Virus record (IMG/VR): IMGVR_UViG_3300045988_129544
Coordinates: 1 to 44,746 of that record
DNA length: 44,746 nt
Origin: a virus
Strand: one strand, 5' to 3'
Positions 24,790 through 33,843 of this stretch are shown in pieces. The position numbers and the translations under genes were made by a program. The notes under the pieces are model-generated. The model had not been told where the DNA came from. It saw nothing but the letters and a program-made list of their open reading frames with translations, and did not search any database. How positions within the stretch are numbered: the first letter of the stretch is position 1; each line of letters starts with the position of its first letter.

Positions 24790-25061
24790 ATTTTAGTTTT
24801 GACCTGACTCCATGCAGTGTCGGTTCGAATGTTATTTAGATATTCATGGCCTTGTGGAGTTAAGTCTATAATCCAATCGCTGTCCATTGGTTCTATTAAT
24901 TTACTTTGACGTAAATATTTTAGGTGATAAAGAACTACATTATTAGGATATTCAGGAAAGCATTCTTCAACAAAAGATTGGGATTCATAATTGATACAAC
25001 CATCAGATATTTCTTCAATCTTGAAAAGAATTTCGCGTATTAAATCATAATTTAGTTTCAC
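24711..25061 (-). CDS. DUF2513-like protein (winged-helix-like), reverse-oriented in the early operon
   Basis: The N-terminus MKLNYDLIREILFKIEE recalls DUF2513. GTG 25061 lies 8 nt after AAAGGTGG. The region is visibly AT-rich. Confidence 0.6.
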   Translation of the reverse strand: MKLNYDLIREILFKIEEISDGCINYESQSFVEECFPEYPNNVVLYHLKYLRQSKLIEPMDSDWIIDLTPQGHEYLNNIRTDTAWSQVKTKIQPLGSVALSVVAEVAKSLALSKLGL

Positions 25062-25110
25062 TAAAATCACCACCTTTCTGTAAGGTCTATTATATCACGG
25101 AGGTGAAGAT

Positions 25111-25299
25111 ATGGAACCTATCTCTGTAACTCTCGACAAGGCCTGCGAGCTGACCAATATCGGCAAAGCGTCGATGGTGAAGCTTATGCAGGATCCGAAG
25201 TTTCCGGTATTTAAAATCGGAAACAAGTCGGTTATCCCAGTAGCTGGCTTGAGAAAGTATATTGAAACTCTGGGTGCTGAGCACTATGGAGTCGTTTAG
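25111..25299 (+). CDS. excisionase-family / MerR-like HTH DNA-binding protein (possible Xis)
   Basis: 62 aa. Contains LDKACELTNIGKASMVKLMQDPKFPVFKIGNKSVIPVAGLRKYIE. Confidence 0.55.
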   Translation: MEPISVTLDKACELTNIGKASMVKLMQDPKFPVFKIGNKSVIPVAGLRKYIETLGAEHYGVV

Positions 25300-25311
25300 G
25301 AGGCGGATAGT

Positions 25312-25584
25312 ATGAAAAAGCTTTTAATTATCCTGCTTATGGCCATCTGTGTATGGGAGGCATGGGACTATACCCATCCTCAGCCTGTAGACCGCTACGT
25401 GGTCAAGGTTACCGCTGCTGATGGCGACACCCTCTGGCATCTCGTTGGAGACGTCATGGATAGAGAGGGAGACCGCCGCGATGTCCGCGAGGTCATCCAC
25501 TACGCCAAAAAAATCAGCAACCTTAAGGGTGACCTGCAGGTTGGCGATGTTGTTCTCATCCCTATCGAAGTCGTTAAAAAATGA
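25312..25584 (+). CDS. YneA-like membrane-anchored LysM protein (candidate cell-division inhibitor)
   Basis: N-terminal TM segment KLLIILLMAICVW, followed by a LysM-like segment VKVTAADGDTLWHLV...NLKGDLQVGDVVLIP. Confidence 0.6.
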   Translation: MKKLLIILLMAICVWEAWDYTHPQPVDRYVVKVTAADGDTLWHLVGDVMDREGDRRDVREVIHYAKKISNLKGDLQVGDVVLIPIEVVKK

Positions 25585-25748
25585 GAACGGATGACCGCGG
25601 AGTCCATTATGTAGACTGCATGTTCTGCGGTACGGAATGGATAGTGAGCCGCTTTGTAAAAGAACCGTATGCTTGCCCTTATTGCAGGGCTATGTATAAA
25701 AATTTCAATCCACCACAATCAAAAAAGAAAGGTAAGGTGCAAAAATGA
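25581..25748 (+). CDS. 55-aa zinc-ribbon protein (not in the ORF track)
   Basis: ATGA overlaps at both ends. Contains CMFCG...CPYC. Confidence 0.45.
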   Translation: MRTDDRGVHYVDCMFCGTEWIVSRFVKEPYACPYCRAMYKNFNPPQSKKKGKVQK

Positions 25749-26038
25749 TTAGAACGAAAACCCAGATTTTCATTCAGCGTTTGAACCTTGAAATGCAGAG
25801 CCTGCGGGAATACGCAGCTTTGCTGGAACGCTGGAATAAGGACGACAACCAGGACGAGGTCCTGCAGGAGGCGGAGCTTGATGTCATTGACCGTATCGGC
25901 TCAACGCTCAAAGAGATGCGTGAGCTGCAGTCTCATGAATGGTCTGTTATGTACAAGGCTCTGCAAGATTCCGCAGAAAAGAATGCTGCTGATAGTTCCG
26001 GTATGCCAAAAGATGTCGCTTGCAAGGAGGCTGAGTAA
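25745..26038 (+). CDS. hypothetical protein
   Basis: 97-aa ORF, translationally coupled. Confidence 0.6.
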   Translation: MIRTKTQIFIQRLNLEMQSLREYAALLERWNKDDNQDEVLQEAELDVIDRIGSTLKEMRELQSHEWSVMYKALQDSAEKNAADSSGMPKDVACKEAE

Positions 26039-26039
26039 C

Positions 26040-26531
26040 ATGGCTAACATCTATGAGCTTAAAGATCAAATCAAAGCCTGCATCCAGCTGGATGCAGAGC
26101 ACGTGGTTGACACTGAAGACGGCGAAATCCTGAACCTGCAGCAATTTGAAGCGCTGCAGATGGAGCGTGACCAAAAGATTGAAGGCATGTGCTGCTACAT
26201 CAAGAACAAGCTTGCCGAGGCCGATGCCATCGACGCCGAAGCCAATACTCTCAGTCATCGCTCCGGTGTAATTAGAAAAGAAGTCGAGCGCTGCAAGGCT
26301 TATCTGGCCGGTGCATTGTACGGCGAGAAGTTTGAAACTCCCCGCTGCAAGATTACGTGGCGCAAGTCCGAAATCTGCAACGTGCTGTCTATGGAAGAAA
26401 TTCCTGATGAATATAAGCGCACCAAGGTTACTGTTGATGCTGACAAGACGGCAATCAAGAAGGCCATCAAAGCCGGCATGGAGATTCCTGGTGCTGAAGT
26501 TATTCAGAAGCTGAATATGACTTTGAAATGA
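26040..26531 (+). CDS. Gp157-like protein (Sipho_Gp157 family)
   Basis: ATG 26040 follows AAGGAGG. Size and position, upstream of the P-loop ATPase and DUF669 genes, are typical. Confidence 0.65.
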   Translation: MANIYELKDQIKACIQLDAEHVVDTEDGEILNLQQFEALQMERDQKIEGMCCYIKNKLAEADAIDAEANTLSHRSGVIRKEVERCKAYLAGALYGEKFETPRCKITWRKSEICNVLSMEEIPDEYKRTKVTVDADKTAIKKAIKAGMEIPGAEVIQKLNMTLK

Positions 26532-26722
26532 GATTTGTTATGTTATGCAAGAATTGCCCTCAGTGTAAAACAGTTGGGGTTGGCGATATTTGTACACGTA
26601 GCTGGTGCAAATTAAGCAAGCCTGATGCTGCTGGCAGATATTTAGGGCTGGAACCATGGCGCAGTAAGCCGCATCCGAAATGTCCGCTGATGGCAAGATT
26701 AAAAGAAAATTACAAGGAGTGA
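26528..26722 (+). CDS. small Cys-rich hypothetical protein
   Basis: 64 aa, CKNCPQC motif, ATGA overlap. Confidence 0.5.
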   Translation: MRFVMLCKNCPQCKTVGVGDICTRSWCKLSKPDAAGRYLGLEPWRSKPHPKCPLMARLKENYKE

Positions 26723-26726
26723 TTTT

Positions 26727-27359
26727 ATGGGAATGCCTGTATTGATTTTAGGCGCGTCCGGCTCTGGCAAGTCCACGAGCCTGCGCAACTTTGAGCCGAC
26801 GGAGGTTGGCGTGTTCAACGTGGCGAGCAAACCGCTGCCATTCAAAAAGCGGCTGAACGTCGTGAACCATGCGACGTATCAGGTCATCCAGAAGACGTTG
26901 GCGAAGAACAACCTTCGCTGCTACGTCATCGACGACTCGCAGTATCTCATGGCCTTCAACATGTTTGACCGCGCGAAGGAAGCCGGTTACCAGAAGTTTA
27001 CCGACTGCGCGTTGAATTTCTACAATCTGCTGACGCTGATCCGCGACCATACGACCGATGATACCATCGTGTATCTTCTGCATCACACGGAGTGCGATGA
27101 TACTGGTCATATCAAAGCCAAAACTTCGGGCAAGATGCTGGACAATCAGCTCACTCTAGAGGGCCTGTTCAGCATCGTGCTGCTGGCTGAGACCGACGGT
27201 AAGGCGCATTGGTTTACCACGCAAAGCGATGGTTTCACTCCCGCGAAGTCACCGATGGAGATGTTCGCATCTAAGATTGACAATGACCTGAAGGCTGTTG
27301 ATACGGCTATTCGTGAATACTATGGATTTATTAAGGAGGTAAAAAATGAAAAAGCTTAA
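26727..27359 (+). CDS. P-loop ATPase (AAA_24 / Sak4-like recombination-replication protein)
   Basis: Walker A motif GASGSGKST. It sits in the Gp157-ATPase-DUF669 synteny. Confidence 0.8.
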   Translation: MGMPVLILGASGSGKSTSLRNFEPTEVGVFNVASKPLPFKKRLNVVNHATYQVIQKTLAKNNLRCYVIDDSQYLMAFNMFDRAKEAGYQKFTDCALNFYNLLTLIRDHTTDDTIVYLLHHTECDDTGHIKAKTSGKMLDNQLTLEGLFSIVLLAETDGKAHWFTTQSDGFTPAKSPMEMFASKIDNDLKAVDTAIREYYGFIKEVKNEKA

Positions 27360-27930
27360 CTGGGGAAATGTTGAAGCTGCGAGTGAAGGCTACGCAGCGC
27401 CGCCTGCTGGTGGTTATGTACTGGCCATCTGCTCTGTAGAAGACCATGCAGACAAGGAGTACCTGAAAATCTATTGCGACATCGCAGGCGTAGCAGACAA
27501 GGCCAACGAGCAGTTTGTTGGTTATTATGGCCAGCGCAAGGAGCGCAGCGGTGACAAAATTCCGCTGTTCAGCTTTATCCGCAGCTATAAAGATTCTGCG
27601 CGTGGCTTCTTCAAATCGTTTTTGGTGGCGTTAGAAAAGAGCGGAAACTCCGGCTTTGTAGCAGACCGCTTTGCTGGTGATGAGCAGCAGTTCTGCGGCA
27701 TGGTCGTCGGTGCTGTGCTGGGGCAGGAAGAGTACGTCTGGAACGACAAGCTCCGTGTGCGTCTGAAGGTAGCGCAGCTCTGTTCCGTAGAGCGCATCCA
27801 GAAGGGCGACTTCGAGATTCCGGAACTTAAAAAGGTAGACACTGCAGCAGTTCCGGTCGCAGCTCCTGTCTCCAGCATGGACAGCTACGGTGCTAACGTA
27901 CCGCTCAGTGATGAAGACATCCCTTTCTAA
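27346..27930 (+). CDS. DUF669-like protein (possible ssDNA-binding role)
   Basis: 194 aa. Assigned by synteny and N-terminal pattern, by recall. Confidence 0.6.
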   Translation: MKKLNWGNVEAASEGYAAPPAGGYVLAICSVEDHADKEYLKIYCDIAGVADKANEQFVGYYGQRKERSGDKIPLFSFIRSYKDSARGFFKSFLVALEKSGNSGFVADRFAGDEQQFCGMVVGAVLGQEEYVWNDKLRVRLKVAQLCSVERIQKGDFEIPELKKVDTAAVPVAAPVSSMDSYGANVPLSDEDIPF

Positions 27931-30493
27931 GTCCGAGCTGCATCTTGACGATATTCGCCCCTTTTTGACCGGCGCAAAAACGAAGCCGGGCGGACATGTT
28001 ACCGCTACCTGTCCATTATGTGGCAAAGCAGGGCACCTGCATATCGACGAGAAAAACGGCACGCTGCTGGTCTATTGCCAGAAGTGCAATGCTCCCGGCA
28101 CGGACATCCTGAGAGAGTTCCGACGTCTGGGAGCAAAGCCTGCCGAACCGGAGCATGTAGATTACAAGACGACAAAACCTATTGAAGATTACCGCCATGT
28201 CTACAGAAACCCTGACGGCACTGAATCTTATTACAAGCGCCGCCGCAAGTGGGCAGACGGACATAAGGTTTTCAGCTTTGCGTATGTCGATGAAAACGGC
28301 CGCACGGTGTACTCTAAACCCAAGAATTGTAATAACCTTTACAATCTGGATTTGTTAGAACGGCATGAGCATAAGACGCTCTACATCGTCGAAGGCGAGA
28401 AGTGTGCTGACGCTATGACAAAGCATGGATTGTTGGCAACCACGAGCAATACCGGTGCGCAGAAGGCCATCAAGCTGAGCGCGACGGACAAGGCGCTGCT
28501 GGAATCTTATGCAGAGCGCATCGTCATTCCCGATAATGACGAGAAGGGCACCGATTATGCTGCAGCCTGGCAAGGCGCAAAAGTCATGGCCATCACGAAG
28601 CTGTGGCCTGACTGCCCGCCTAAAGGTGATATCGCAGATTACTTTGCTGCCGGTGGCACAGCCGAAGCAATCGAAGCCTACGAGTGGCCTGTGGTGCTCT
28701 CTCTGGACAGAGAATTCTTTGAAGGGTGCGACAGGTTTAGCCTTATCAATGAGGCGCTTCTGGAGGCGATAGCGGCGCTCACAGAGCCGTCCAAGCGTCA
28801 GCAGGTGCTTTCCATGGCGAGGTTTCGCGCTGGGGAGCTGTGCTGCAAGAGGGAGTTTGAGAGCTGCTGGAAGGCGTACCTGCAGCAGCAGGCAGCCAAG
28901 GGTATAAGGTCAGATAATCTGACCAAATTCCCGCAGCAGCTGTTTGCCTTGCGGTGCGGTAACTGGAACACATCGATTAATGGCGTGTATCGGTCGGTAC
29001 AGGTCGGGACAGAATATAAAAACGAATACGCAAGCCCCATCCCCATCATGCCGACGGAGCTGCTGGTTAACGTGGAGGATGAAACGGAAAAAATTCGGCT
29101 CGCGTATTTTAAAAATGGCGGCTGGCAGAGCGTGGTGGTCCCGCGCTCCACGTTGGCCAACAAAAACAAAATAATTCTGCTGGCAGACAATGGCGTTGAA
29201 GTCAACAGCGACAACGCCGGTCTGTTAGTGAAGTATCTGGCAGAGGTCATCGCCATGAACCCGGACATCCTGCCGCGGGTAAAGTCGATTGACCACATGG
29301 GATGGTCCGATGCAGGCTTTGTGCCGTACACGGACGAGGTCAAGCTGGACTGCGAGGAGCAGTACAAATCTCTGGTGCAGGCAGTCTCCAGCAAGGGCAC
29401 GCTGGAGGAATGGGCGGCCTACGTCGCCCCGCTCCGGCAGAACCTGTACATGCGCCTGATCCTGGCTGCAAGCTTTGCGAGCGTGCTGGTCGAGCGCGTG
29501 TCCGCGCTGCCGTTCGTGCTGCATCTTTGGGGTGGCACCGGCAGCGGCAAGACCGTGGCCATGATGGTGGCTGCGTCCGTTTGGGGTAATCCCGGCATGG
29601 GCAAACTGGTTAGAACAATGAATATGACGGTCAACTCTATGATGAGTACGGCGTCTATCCTGCGTAACCTGCCGTTTTTCGGTGACGAGTTGCAGACAAT
29701 TAAGTCAAGATTCGAGAATTATGACACGCTGATCATGCGTGTCACTGAAGGTCTTGACCGCGGACGCATGACGAATGCGACCTTCCAGCGGCAGAAGTCC
29801 TGGCTGAACAGCTTTGTTTTTACCGGTGAAGAACCGTGCACGAAGAGTCAGTCCGGTGGCGGTGTAAAAAACCGTGTTATTGAGATTGAGTGCGACCAGC
29901 AAATAATCAGCAATGGTAACGCTGTTGTGAATTTTATCACGCAGCATTACGGCGGTGCTGGCAGGGCGTTTGTTGAAGCGCTGGAAGGGAAGAACCTTGC
30001 TGCTGAGTACAATGAGATTATGCGGTTGGTGCTGGAGGTCACGGATACCACCGAGAAGCAGGCTATGGCGATGGCGCTCATGCTGCAGGCGGATGCTATT
30101 GCGAGCAAGGCTATCTTTGGTACTCCCGGCGATGTGCTGTCGCCCGAGGACATAGTTGGCTTCGTGAAGAGCAAGGCTGAAGTTGATGTGAGCGAGCGGG
30201 CATTTAACCTTATTGTTGATGTCATCGGTGCCAACGCTGACAAGTTCGATACCGAGCTTGATGATTATGCTGGTTATGCCTACTGGGGTAGACGCAAGAA
30301 TAATGGTGTTATCATGATCAACAAGACGGTCCTGGAGCAGGAGTTAGAAAAGAATGGCTTCGACTTCTCAGCGCTTAAGAAAAAATGGGCGGAGAGCGGT
30401 CATTTACTGAAAACGACGCAGGGACGATTTTCCAATGTTTACCGGTTACACAACACGAGAGCAAACTATGTTGCTCTTTATGTCAAGGCGTAA
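27911..30493 (+). CDS. bifunctional primase / helicase (zinc finger, Toprim, DUF927/D5-type P-loop)
   Basis: Motifs: CPLCGK..CQKCN, the Toprim segment LYIVEGEKCAD..IPDNDEKG, and Walker A GGTGSGKT. The start is ATG 27911 or GTG 27890. Confidence 0.85.
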   Translation: MKTSLSKSELHLDDIRPFLTGAKTKPGGHVTATCPLCGKAGHLHIDEKNGTLLVYCQKCNAPGTDILREFRRLGAKPAEPEHVDYKTTKPIEDYRHVYRNPDGTESYYKRRRKWADGHKVFSFAYVDENGRTVYSKPKNCNNLYNLDLLERHEHKTLYIVEGEKCADAMTKHGLLATTSNTGAQKAIKLSATDKALLESYAERIVIPDNDEKGTDYAAAWQGAKVMAITKLWPDCPPKGDIADYFAAGGTAEAIEAYEWPVVLSLDREFFEGCDRFSLINEALLEAIAALTEPSKRQQVLSMARFRAGELCCKREFESCWKAYLQQQAAKGIRSDNLTKFPQQLFALRCGNWNTSINGVYRSVQVGTEYKNEYASPIPIMPTELLVNVEDETEKIRLAYFKNGGWQSVVVPRSTLANKNKIILLADNGVEVNSDNAGLLVKYLAEVIAMNPDILPRVKSIDHMGWSDAGFVPYTDEVKLDCEEQYKSLVQAVSSKGTLEEWAAYVAPLRQNLYMRLILAASFASVLVERVSALPFVLHLWGGTGSGKTVAMMVAASVWGNPGMGKLVRTMNMTVNSMMSTASILRNLPFFGDELQTIKSRFENYDTLIMRVTEGLDRGRMTNATFQRQKSWLNSFVFTGEEPCTKSQSGGGVKNRVIEIECDQQIISNGNAVVNFITQHYGGAGRAFVEALEGKNLAAEYNEIMRLVLEVTDTTEKQAMAMALMLQADAIASKAIFGTPGDVLSPEDIVGFVKSKAEVDVSERAFNLIVDVIGANADKFDTELDDYAGYAYWGRRKNNGVIMINKTVLEQELEKNGFDFSALKKKWAESGHLLKTTQGRFSNVYRLHNTRANYVALYVKA

Positions 30494-30751
30494 GCTATGT
30501 AAGCCAAATGTAAGCCAAAGAAATGGCTCAACCATGCGGGTTTTAAACGTTTGGCTTACATAATTACATGACTTACATAATTAGATATATACGTATGGAG
30601 TTTCCCGTTTTAGATTAGAGCGGAAATAATAATAATATATATCGATATCCTTTCAAAAAAAATGTAAGCCTGTAAGCCAAAAACAAAAAAAGCCTTAACC
30701 ATGCGGTTTGTAGGGTTTTTGAATGTAAGTCAAAACGTCAGCTGGCTTACG
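30488..30751. repeat. putative origin of replication: about 9 copies of the iteron TGTAAGCCA (both orientations) flanking an AT-rich core, plus a duplicated AACCATGCGG
   Basis: Direct copies at 30498, 30509, 30663, 30671 and 30724. Inverted copies (TGGCTTACA-like) at 30552, 30569 and 30743. AT-rich stretch at about 30581-30660. AACCATGCGG at 30530 and 30697. Confidence 0.7.
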
Positions 30752-30778
30752 TAAAACTGCAGCTAAAGGAGGGAAACG

Positions 30779-30943
30779 ATGTTATTTAAAATTTTGAGTA
30801 CTATGTTACGTGACTTTATTGCAGGGCTGGTTATGGCGGTGGGATGCTGCTGTATGATGGTGGCACAGGCTTTTGTCAAAGCTGCTGTTTGCCTCGCCCA
30901 GTTTGCGTGCAAGGTCAATGGGGTGAAATGTGATGTTAAGTAA
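30779..30943 (+). CDS. 54-aa hydrophobic Cys-rich peptide (not in the ORF track)
   Basis: Strong AAGGAGGG SD. Translation: MLFKILSTMLRDFIAGLVMAVGCCCMMVAQAFVKAAVCLAQFACKVNGVKCDVK. Confidence 0.45.
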   Translation: MLFKILSTMLRDFIAGLVMAVGCCCMMVAQAFVKAAVCLAQFACKVNGVKCDVK

Positions 30944-31052
30944 AATCTGTCTGGTGTTTGCAGTGCTGATCAGCATTGTGTGGATAGTAAGCCTGACGAT
31001 GGTAGTAGTTGGCGGTGCTGTATGGGCGCTGCAGAAGTTAGGAGGAATGTAA
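30933..31052 (+). CDS. 39-aa single-TM peptide (not in the ORF track)
   Basis: Translation MLSKICLVFAVLISIVWIVSLTMVVVGGAVWALQKLGGM. It overlaps neighbours on both sides. Confidence 0.35.
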   Translation: MLSKICLVFAVLISIVWIVSLTMVVVGGAVWALQKLGGM

Positions 31053-31508
31053 ATGTATATTAAAACTAAAAGCGGAGATTATGTGAACTCCAAGAATATC
31101 AGTGGCTTAAGAATCAAATGTTATGGTGGCGCTTTTAATGTCGTAGCAGAATGCATCGGTTATTGCGACGATCCTTGCTTCTATTCCAGTGCCAAGATAG
31201 AAGACGCGGAAGCGTATATAAACTTGCTGGCGAACCACCTGGATGAAGTAGAAGAAGCTGCAACCATGCAGTACCCGCGTTGCGCTATCCTCAAGGTGTC
31301 GGAGTCTACTGTTGATGCAATGCCTTATAGCTATCGCAATCGCCCGCTCCAAAACGAGCCGCAGCATGCAGCCAGCAAGAACACTAAGCTGTCCGCAATG
31401 CTGAATGCGCTGGTCGATGACTTTGCCGCGTCTGGTGATCCTGACAATCTCCTTAAAATCAACGCGTATATCCGCATGTATCTGCAGCAGGAGGTTAACC
31501 ATGAATAA
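31053..31508 (+). CDS. hypothetical protein
   Basis: 151-aa ORF with a TAGGAGG SD. Confidence 0.65.
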   Translation: MYIKTKSGDYVNSKNISGLRIKCYGGAFNVVAECIGYCDDPCFYSSAKIEDAEAYINLLANHLDEVEEAATMQYPRCAILKVSESTVDAMPYSYRNRPLQNEPQHAASKNTKLSAMLNALVDDFAASGDPDNLLKINAYIRMYLQQEVNHE

Positions 31509-32016
31509 ACAATATCTGATGTTGAATCTGGAGTCTGACACCTTTAAGGGCATGAAGGCCGATTTTAATGAACTTCTGCAGCAGCTTCTGGAGAAGCTCT
31601 TTGCTGGCCGTATTGCTGATGGCTCTATCAGCATGAAGCTGTCCGTCAGCTTGACTGAGACCTATTCCGAAACAATGGGTAAAGACATTGCAGTACCGCT
31701 GTTCAAGCACAAGGTTACCGCCAACTACACGGAAAAACTGGAGAATGCCGGTGCTGTCTCCCTGCCTAACACGTATCTGGAATACGACGAAGACCTCGGG
31801 GAGTTCGTCCTGAAGCCTTGCGGCGGCGAGCAGGACATGTTCGCGGAGCAGGAGGCTGAGGCTGATGAAGCAACTGTCGATGTTAAAGCTATTCCGCAGG
31901 ATTGCCACCGTCCCCTGCAGGTGCGTGATCCTATGTGCAATGACTGCGCTAATCGCGATACCAGCGCCTGCGACCATTGCGATGGCTGCGACAAGTGGGA
32001 GCCTATTGCAAAATGA
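31501..32016 (+). CDS. hypothetical protein with C-terminal Cys-rich motif
   Basis: ATG 31501 overlaps the upstream stop. Contains CNDCANRDTSACDHCDGC. Confidence 0.6.
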   Translation: MNKQYLMLNLESDTFKGMKADFNELLQQLLEKLFAGRIADGSISMKLSVSLTETYSETMGKDIAVPLFKHKVTANYTEKLENAGAVSLPNTYLEYDEDLGEFVLKPCGGEQDMFAEQEAEADEATVDVKAIPQDCHRPLQVRDPMCNDCANRDTSACDHCDGCDKWEPIAK

Positions 32017-33419
32017 TTCCGCTGCGTCCCTACCAGCAGGAGCTGGTGGATAACATCCGCAGGGCAATCGGTCAGGGGCGGCACAGCGTGTGTGCAGTGT
32101 TGGGCTGCGGCGGTGGCAAGAGCGTTATCCAGGGCAACATCGCCGCCAGCGCCACGGCACGCGGCAACAGGGTGCTGTTTGTTGTTCACCGCAAAGAGCT
32201 GTGCCAGCAGATTACCAATACCTTTACGGCGTGTGGCGTAGACTTCTCTCTCTGTACCGTAGGCATGGTGCAGACGGTCTGCCGCAGGCTGGCCAACACG
32301 CCGGAGCCGAAGCTGATTCTGGTCGATGAAGCGCACCACATCCTGTCGCAGAGTTATTTGTCTATCCTGCAGCATTTTCCTGGTGCCGTCGTCTTAGGCT
32401 TTACCGCTACCCCGCAAAGAATGAACGAGGGTGGGCTGGGGGCTGTCTTTGAAGAGCTCATCGAGTCAGTGAGTACCGAATGGCTGATAGAGAACCATTA
32501 CCTGGCACCGTACAAATACTACGGCGTGCAGCTGGCGGATGCCAGCAAGCTGCATACTAAACGCGGCGACTACGACAAGGCCGAGGTTGAAGCTCTTATG
32601 AATAAGCGTGCTATCTTTGGCAGTGCTGTTGAGAACTGGCTGCAGCTGGCTAAGGGCAAGCAGACTATAGTGTATTGCTCGTCTATCGCCACCAGCGAGG
32701 GCACAGCGGCCGCTTTTAGGGAGCAGGGGATAAATGCTATGCACCTTGACGGTACAACGCCGCAGGCGCAAAGACAGGCCGCCGTAGATGGGTTCCGGCG
32801 CGGTGAGGTCACGGTCCTTTGCAACGTTGATTTGTTTGGCGAGGGCTTTGACGTGCCTGACTGCGATTGCGTGGTGCTGATGCGGCCGACCAAGTCGCTC
32901 ACACTGCACATCCAGCAGTCGATGAGGTCGATGCGTACCAATCCCAACAATCCGGATAAGGTCGCGCTGATCCTGGACCATGTTGGCAATTTCACCCGGC
33001 ACGGTCTGCCGGATGATGTGCGAGAGTGGTCGCTGGAAAGCAAAGCCAAGAAGAAAAAGCAGGAGCTCAGTGTCAAGCAGTGCCCGAATTGCTTTGCAGT
33101 GGTCAAGTCAGCGGTCACCGAGTGCCCTCTCTGTCATTACGTATGGGAAAAAGAAGAGCGCGAAGGTCCGGAGGTCGTGGAGGACATCATCCTGCAGGAA
33201 GTCGCGCGCATGCCATATAGTAAACACATCGAGTGTACGTCATGGGCGCAGCTGGAGCTGTTCCGCTCGACGCACAAACGTGCTGATGGCAAGGTTTTTA
33301 AGTTCGCCTGGTCGCTGCACAAGGCGGTGCAGCTGGGGCTGGCAGTACCGGAACGGTACCGCAGTGCAGCTATCCGCCTGCTGCGTCAGGATGAATACAG
33401 GAGATTAAAGTTTGAATAA
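32013..33419 (+). CDS. DEAD/DEAH-box (SNF2 / type III res-like) helicase with C-terminal zinc ribbon
   Basis: Walker A GCGGGKS, the DEAH segment LVDEAHH, and CPNC..CPLC. The ATGA start is at 32013. Confidence 0.85.
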   Translation: MIPLRPYQQELVDNIRRAIGQGRHSVCAVLGCGGGKSVIQGNIAASATARGNRVLFVVHRKELCQQITNTFTACGVDFSLCTVGMVQTVCRRLANTPEPKLILVDEAHHILSQSYLSILQHFPGAVVLGFTATPQRMNEGGLGAVFEELIESVSTEWLIENHYLAPYKYYGVQLADASKLHTKRGDYDKAEVEALMNKRAIFGSAVENWLQLAKGKQTIVYCSSIATSEGTAAAFREQGINAMHLDGTTPQAQRQAAVDGFRRGEVTVLCNVDLFGEGFDVPDCDCVVLMRPTKSLTLHIQQSMRSMRTNPNNPDKVALILDHVGNFTRHGLPDDVREWSLESKAKKKKQELSVKQCPNCFAVVKSAVTECPLCHYVWEKEEREGPEVVEDIILQEVARMPYSKHIECTSWAQLELFRSTHKRADGKVFKFAWSLHKAVQLGLAVPERYRSAAIRLLRQDEYRRLKFE

Positions 33420-33843
33420 ATCTGAAGCTCAAATCATGAAGGAGATTGAGGTCGCGGTGTCTGCTGCAGGGCACAAGGTTTTCCGCATTAACGTTGGAGA
33501 AGGATATTTATACCGTGAGCAGCCGACGCAGGAAACGCTGGAATTTGAGAATAAGCGCGCCCGCTGGTTCAAGAGCGGACCGCCGCAAGGTTATAGCGAT
33601 TTGTCGGGTGTATGTTATCCTTCTGGCCGGGCGCTGTTTATTGAGGTGAAAACACCGAAAGGCAAGCCGACGCTGCAGCAGTGCGTGTTCCTGTTGGCGA
33701 TGTTGGCAGCGGGTGCCAATGCCGGTATCGCACGCAGCTCCGAGGAGGCGCTGGCGATTTGCGAGATGACGGACGACCTGCGTCAGAAGATGGGGGAGTA
33801 TATCCATGGCTGGTTGGTTAAGCTTAGGCAGCGTGGTAAGTGA
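33412..33843 (+). CDS. VRR-NUC domain nuclease
   Basis: Contains GYSDLSGVCYPSGRALFIEVKTPKGKPTLQQ. The start is TTG 33412 or ATG 33436. Confidence 0.75.
   Translation: MNKSEAQIMKEIEVAVSAAGHKVFRINVGEGYLYREQPTQETLEFENKRARWFKSGPPQGYSDLSGVCYPSGRALFIEVKTPKGKPTLQQCVFLLAMLAAGANAGIARSSEEALAICEMTDDLRQKMGEYIHGWLVKLRQRGK

Noticed and set aside
25788-26039. N-terminal 84 codons of track ORF 25788..26531
   Set aside because: This part overlaps the 25745..26038 ORF in another frame and has an Arg/Cys-rich, nonsense-like translation. The Gp157-like protein starts at ATG 26040, behind AAGGAGG.
30488-30751. Repeats that could be mistaken for a CRISPR array
   Set aside because: The units are 9 nt, occur in both orientations at irregular spacing around an AT-rich core, and no cas genes are present. 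This is iteron-type origin architecture instead.
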